Below are positions 60,910-64,000 of a stretch of DNA of 64,000 bases, one piece after another. Within the stretch, counting starts at the first letter, position 1, and the number at the start of each line of letters is the position of its first letter. The DNA comes from Sulfurimonadaceae bacterium (GTDB lineage Bacteria > Campylobacterota > Campylobacteria > Campylobacterales > Sulfurimonadaceae): assembly GCA_041571435.1 (NCBI GenBank), contig JBFFUI010000008.1, forward strand, positions 4,581 through 68,580. Direction: 5' to 3'. Both the position numbers and the translations under genes were made by a program. The notes below the pieces were generated by a model, which saw nothing but the letters and a program-made list of their open reading frames with translations, had not been told where the DNA came from and made no database searches.

Positions 60910-62156
60910 AGGCTCCCCAAGACTTTTAATCGTTCATGATCCATTTGAATAATATTACTGATATTCCAGGTTTCATTATTGGATAATACAAATGTGATAT
61001 GCAGCGAAGGGTAACTCTCCGATGTCACATAAACATATGCCAGGTTATTATAGACATCAATCTTATAGCGATAGCGTATACTTGGTTTTTTCCTCAATAT
61101 CTCTTCCAACCGATTCAGTTGTTCAGAGCTCAATGAGTGTATTTTAAGTTCAGCTAATTTTTTCGGTGAGCGTACCGATATATCTATAAGACGTTTGATC
61201 AGCTCCTGGATGTGGTTATATATCTTTGCGTTTACGTTTTCTAGTACATAGACGCCTTTTACTTCCTCGTAAACAACAAAGACCCTGTCACTGTTGCTTT
61301 CACAGACAGCCATTTTAGGTGTATAGGGAACATGAAAAGGCCTAAATTGTTCTCTGTTACGTTTTTTGAACAATCGAAGCTGTTTGTTTTCCTTGTCTAT
61401 CAGTACAATAGGCTCTTGTTTTAAAAACGCTTTTTCTAATCTTTGGGTATCGTAAAACGCCACACTTTCATAAGATTTGGTATCCCGCTTATAGTCTTTA
61501 GTCAAATCATTGTACCTGTATAGATAAAAGTTGGTAGAATCCTCATCATATGTATAGCCGACGACTTGATTGCGATCCTGTTTGCCTCGGATTGGACGGT
61601 AGGATACCAAGGATATGTTATTGTCTTCCCGATGTTCAAACATAAGGATATTGCCGGCTCCGGAATCTTTGAAATAAGTTACCTTAGCAAGTTCTTTAAC
61701 ATATATCTTGTCTTGAAGTTTTTTTTCTCTGGCGATATGGACCGTTTTGTTGTCGTCAAGGATATTCGGAATACCCCAAAACGGCTGAGACATATAGATA
61801 ATATTCAGGTTTTCAGTACCCGCTATTGTTTGATTGCCTTTATAGACTCCATAAGTATTCGGTTCTTGAAACAGATGCATGGATCTGATCTCAAAATCAT
61901 GTCTGAATTCTTTGATCAATAAAATTAGAAAAAAGAATACTATCAGAAACAGAGCTATGTAAATCAAAGTATTGTTTTTGACAAAAAGCCTTAACATGAG
62001 TGAAAATAACAGAAAAGCGACTGAACCCATAAAATACATACCCCAGATCATGTCGGGGTTACCGCTATGCGCATAAACGGGAGTACTTACGAGGAACAAA
62101 ATCGTAAATTTATTCACGAATTGTATTAATTTTTGATATGGTATATTATTTTTCAT
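60906..62156 (-). CDS. hypothetical membrane protein
   Basis: Signal-like segment, two TM helices, large soluble domain; AT-rich; overlaps the next gene by 4 nt. Confidence 0.75.
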   Translation of the reverse strand: MKNNIPYQKLIQFVNKFTILFLVSTPVYAHSGNPDMIWGMYFMGSVAFLLFSLMLRLFVKNNTLIYIALFLIVFFFLILLIKEFRHDFEIRSMHLFQEPNTYGVYKGNQTIAGTENLNIIYMSQPFWGIPNILDDNKTVHIAREKKLQDKIYVKELAKVTYFKDSGAGNILMFEHREDNNISLVSYRPIRGKQDRNQVVGYTYDEDSTNFYLYRYNDLTKDYKRDTKSYESVAFYDTQRLEKAFLKQEPIVLIDKENKQLRLFKKRNREQFRPFHVPYTPKMAVCESNSDRVFVVYEEVKGVYVLENVNAKIYNHIQELIKRLIDISVRSPKKLAELKIHSLSSEQLNRLEEILRKKPSIRYRYKIDVYNNLAYVYVTSESYPSLHITFVLSNNETWNISNIIQMDHERLKVLGSL

Positions 62157-62210
62157 AGGTTTATTTTACATGAAATCGAGTGATAGGCCAAATGAAAGAG
62201 AGAAAAGAAT

Positions 62211-63296
62211 ATGCTGAAGAGAGTTGCACAAATAATCGTGATCGGTTACATCGCTTTTACTGTTTTGATCGCGATCCTATTTTATGTCACCAATGCAATG
62301 CCTCCGCATAAAATATTGCAGGAGGAATCACAATGCATAGATGGCTTACCCCCTATCACCGTCATAGATATGGATCGGCCCTACAATACCCTTTACATTC
62401 TAGACATAAACCGTACAATTTACAAGGTTGACCCGTACAAAAGAAAACTGCTTGCGACCTATCATTTAAATCATCTTCACGACCTTCAAGGATTGTCAGT
62501 ATATGACGATGGATATGATCATTTTTTGTATGTTTCAGATCATACCTCCGTACACCGTGCAAAAGTCACAACCAATGATGTATCAGTATCTTTACGACCC
62601 GAAAAAGTATTGGACGGGCTTCAAAACCCAAAAGATATTTTTGTCTATTTCGAATATCAATATACACCGCATGAGTCAAAAAGAGTTGAAACACTTGCCG
62701 TCTTGGAAGGAGATATCGATAAGATCAATATCTATGACGTCAGGACGAAAGAATTACTGGAAAGCAAAAAAGCAAAACTTGATATTCAAGAGCACCGTAC
62801 TACCGTAGCAACGGTAGCGATGCAGAATGTACCCTACTACGTAAAATCTTGGGATAGTGAGCAAGGGATTAAAACAAGACAATATCTCAATCACATCAGA
62901 CTGTATACGAATCGTAACTCATTTTCCACTGAACTGGGGAAAATAACGCACACTCGCCACGGGAACTACATCATCCCAGATCAGAAGAATAACCTATTAT
63001 GGGTCTATGATAATTTTGGTCTATATGATTGGGATTATATCAAACTTGAAAAATCACCCTATATGGCTTTTACGTTTCCCTATACGGCTCCCGATTTTGT
63101 GAATGGGGATGCCCTCTTGAGCGGAAAAGGGAACTTTAGGACATATATTCAATACACAGATGATAAAGGACTTATTTGTGCTACAGTAACCGATACTCTT
63201 TATGGAAAAGTCAAATCCATGATTGATAGACTTTTTAAAATTTTTGTAGCACCATTTTTCTTTTTTGCTTTAATGTTTGTAGGGAAGGTTGGATAA
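62211..63296 (+). CDS. hypothetical protein with N- and C-terminal TM anchors, possible beta-propeller
   Basis: Repeating short beta-strand motifs (LYILD, LYVSD, LWVYD) between two hydrophobic ends. Confidence 0.7.
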   Translation: MLKRVAQIIVIGYIAFTVLIAILFYVTNAMPPHKILQEESQCIDGLPPITVIDMDRPYNTLYILDINRTIYKVDPYKRKLLATYHLNHLHDLQGLSVYDDGYDHFLYVSDHTSVHRAKVTTNDVSVSLRPEKVLDGLQNPKDIFVYFEYQYTPHESKRVETLAVLEGDIDKINIYDVRTKELLESKKAKLDIQEHRTTVATVAMQNVPYYVKSWDSEQGIKTRQYLNHIRLYTNRNSFSTELGKITHTRHGNYIIPDQKNNLLWVYDNFGLYDWDYIKLEKSPYMAFTFPYTAPDFVNGDALLSGKGNFRTYIQYTDDKGLICATVTDTLYGKVKSMIDRLFKIFVAPFFFFALMFVGKVG

Positions 63297-63408
63297 TCTC
63301 TGTAAAGCATCTCTTATGATAAAAGCGGAACCCCAAAATAAAAGAGTGGCTAATAGAAAGAATCGCTTAAAGGAACAAGATATTAGAAGGCGTTGCACCC
63401 CTCCATTG

Positions 63409-63999
63409 TTAATAGCTGTTATAGCCGTTAACAATGATGAACTTCGCCCCGTCGCGCGTCGAACGGATCGCGACATACTTGTCGGGGTACTGTTCGCGAA
63501 GCTGCTTCAACGCGATTTGAACCAGAACACCGTCAAGGATCTTTGTCTGGGCGCGACCGTCACGGTCAATCGATTCGCAGACACCGACCAGGTAACGGCT
63601 GATCGACTCCTCCTGGTTTTTCAGGAATTCGGCGATCTCAAGACGCAGTTGTAGACCGTACTTGGCATTGATCCAGTTGAAGATCATATATGAGAGCGCC
63701 TTATAACGGTACCCCTCTTTGCCGATCAGGAGTGCGGCATCTTCACCATTGAAGTCCAGCATCAATGTGTTTTCATCATACACGCTCACCTCGATCTCGT
63801 TGAGATCGAAACAGATCTTGGAAAAGAGTTCGTTGATCTGCTTTTTGACCTCGGCAGCGATCTCGTCAATGCTCTCAAAAGCCTCTTCGTCCTCGTCGTC
63901 GAACATCCCCTCGATCGCGTCTTCGATGTAGTCGTTTTGTTCATCCTCTTCATCCTGATCAGTGACAAAAGAGGTCGGCAGGATCGTATCGTTGAGAAT
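63409..63999 (-). CDS. jag: Jag/EloR (KhpB) RNA-binding protein, 5' end outside the window
   Basis: GEDAALLIGKEGYRYKAL KH motif, EIAEF; frame stays open to the window edge. Confidence 0.88.
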   Translation of the reverse strand: MLNDTILPTSFVTDQDEEDEQNDYIEDAIEGMFDDEDEEAFESIDEIAAEVKKQINELFSKICFDLNEIEVSVYDENTLMLDFNGEDAALLIGKEGYRYKALSYMIFNWINAKYGLQLRLEIAEFLKNQEESISRYLVGVCESIDRDGRAQTKILDGVLVQIALKQLREQYPDKYVAIRSTRDGAKFIIVNGYNSY

Positions 64000-64000
64000 A

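Overview
Core chromosomal segment of a Campylobacterota (epsilonproteobacterial) chemolithotroph, probably Sulfurimonas/Sulfurovum-like. This is inferred from hobA, fused ispDF, the ispDF-regulator-sat-pgpA and rppH-lysC-hobA-holB-folP / hemW-tatBC-queA gene orders, and extended -10 promoters. About 65 CDSs, mostly housekeeping; I found no rRNA, tRNA, CRISPR array or transposase. Main points of interest: (1) A 7-gene minus-strand molybdoenzyme locus at 13.0-21.1 kb in B-C-A order: 4Fe-4S subunit, NrfD/PsrC anchor, Tat-exported 1139-aa catalytic subunit, TorD chaperone, polyferredoxin, a shikimate-dehydrogenase-fold protein lacking its catalytic residues, and an unknown 170-aa protein. It sits behind a near-consensus sigma54 promoter, with a CoA-disulfide-reductase-family gene just downstream. 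(2) A small stand-alone transcript candidate with an 11-nt anti-SD complement, a 6-aa ORF and a terminator upstream of aroK. (3) Several degenerate enzymes: Mrp lacking CxxC, a Sat-like protein lacking sulfate-binding residues, and a receiver domain lacking its phospho-Asp. (4) Two small accessory insertions: a methyltransferase remnant plus FN3 surface protein at about 36.9-38.5 kb, and an AT-rich three-gene ankyrin/membrane-protein block splitting jag from mnmE at 59.5-63.4 kb. All family assignments come from motif recognition by eye; no searches were run.
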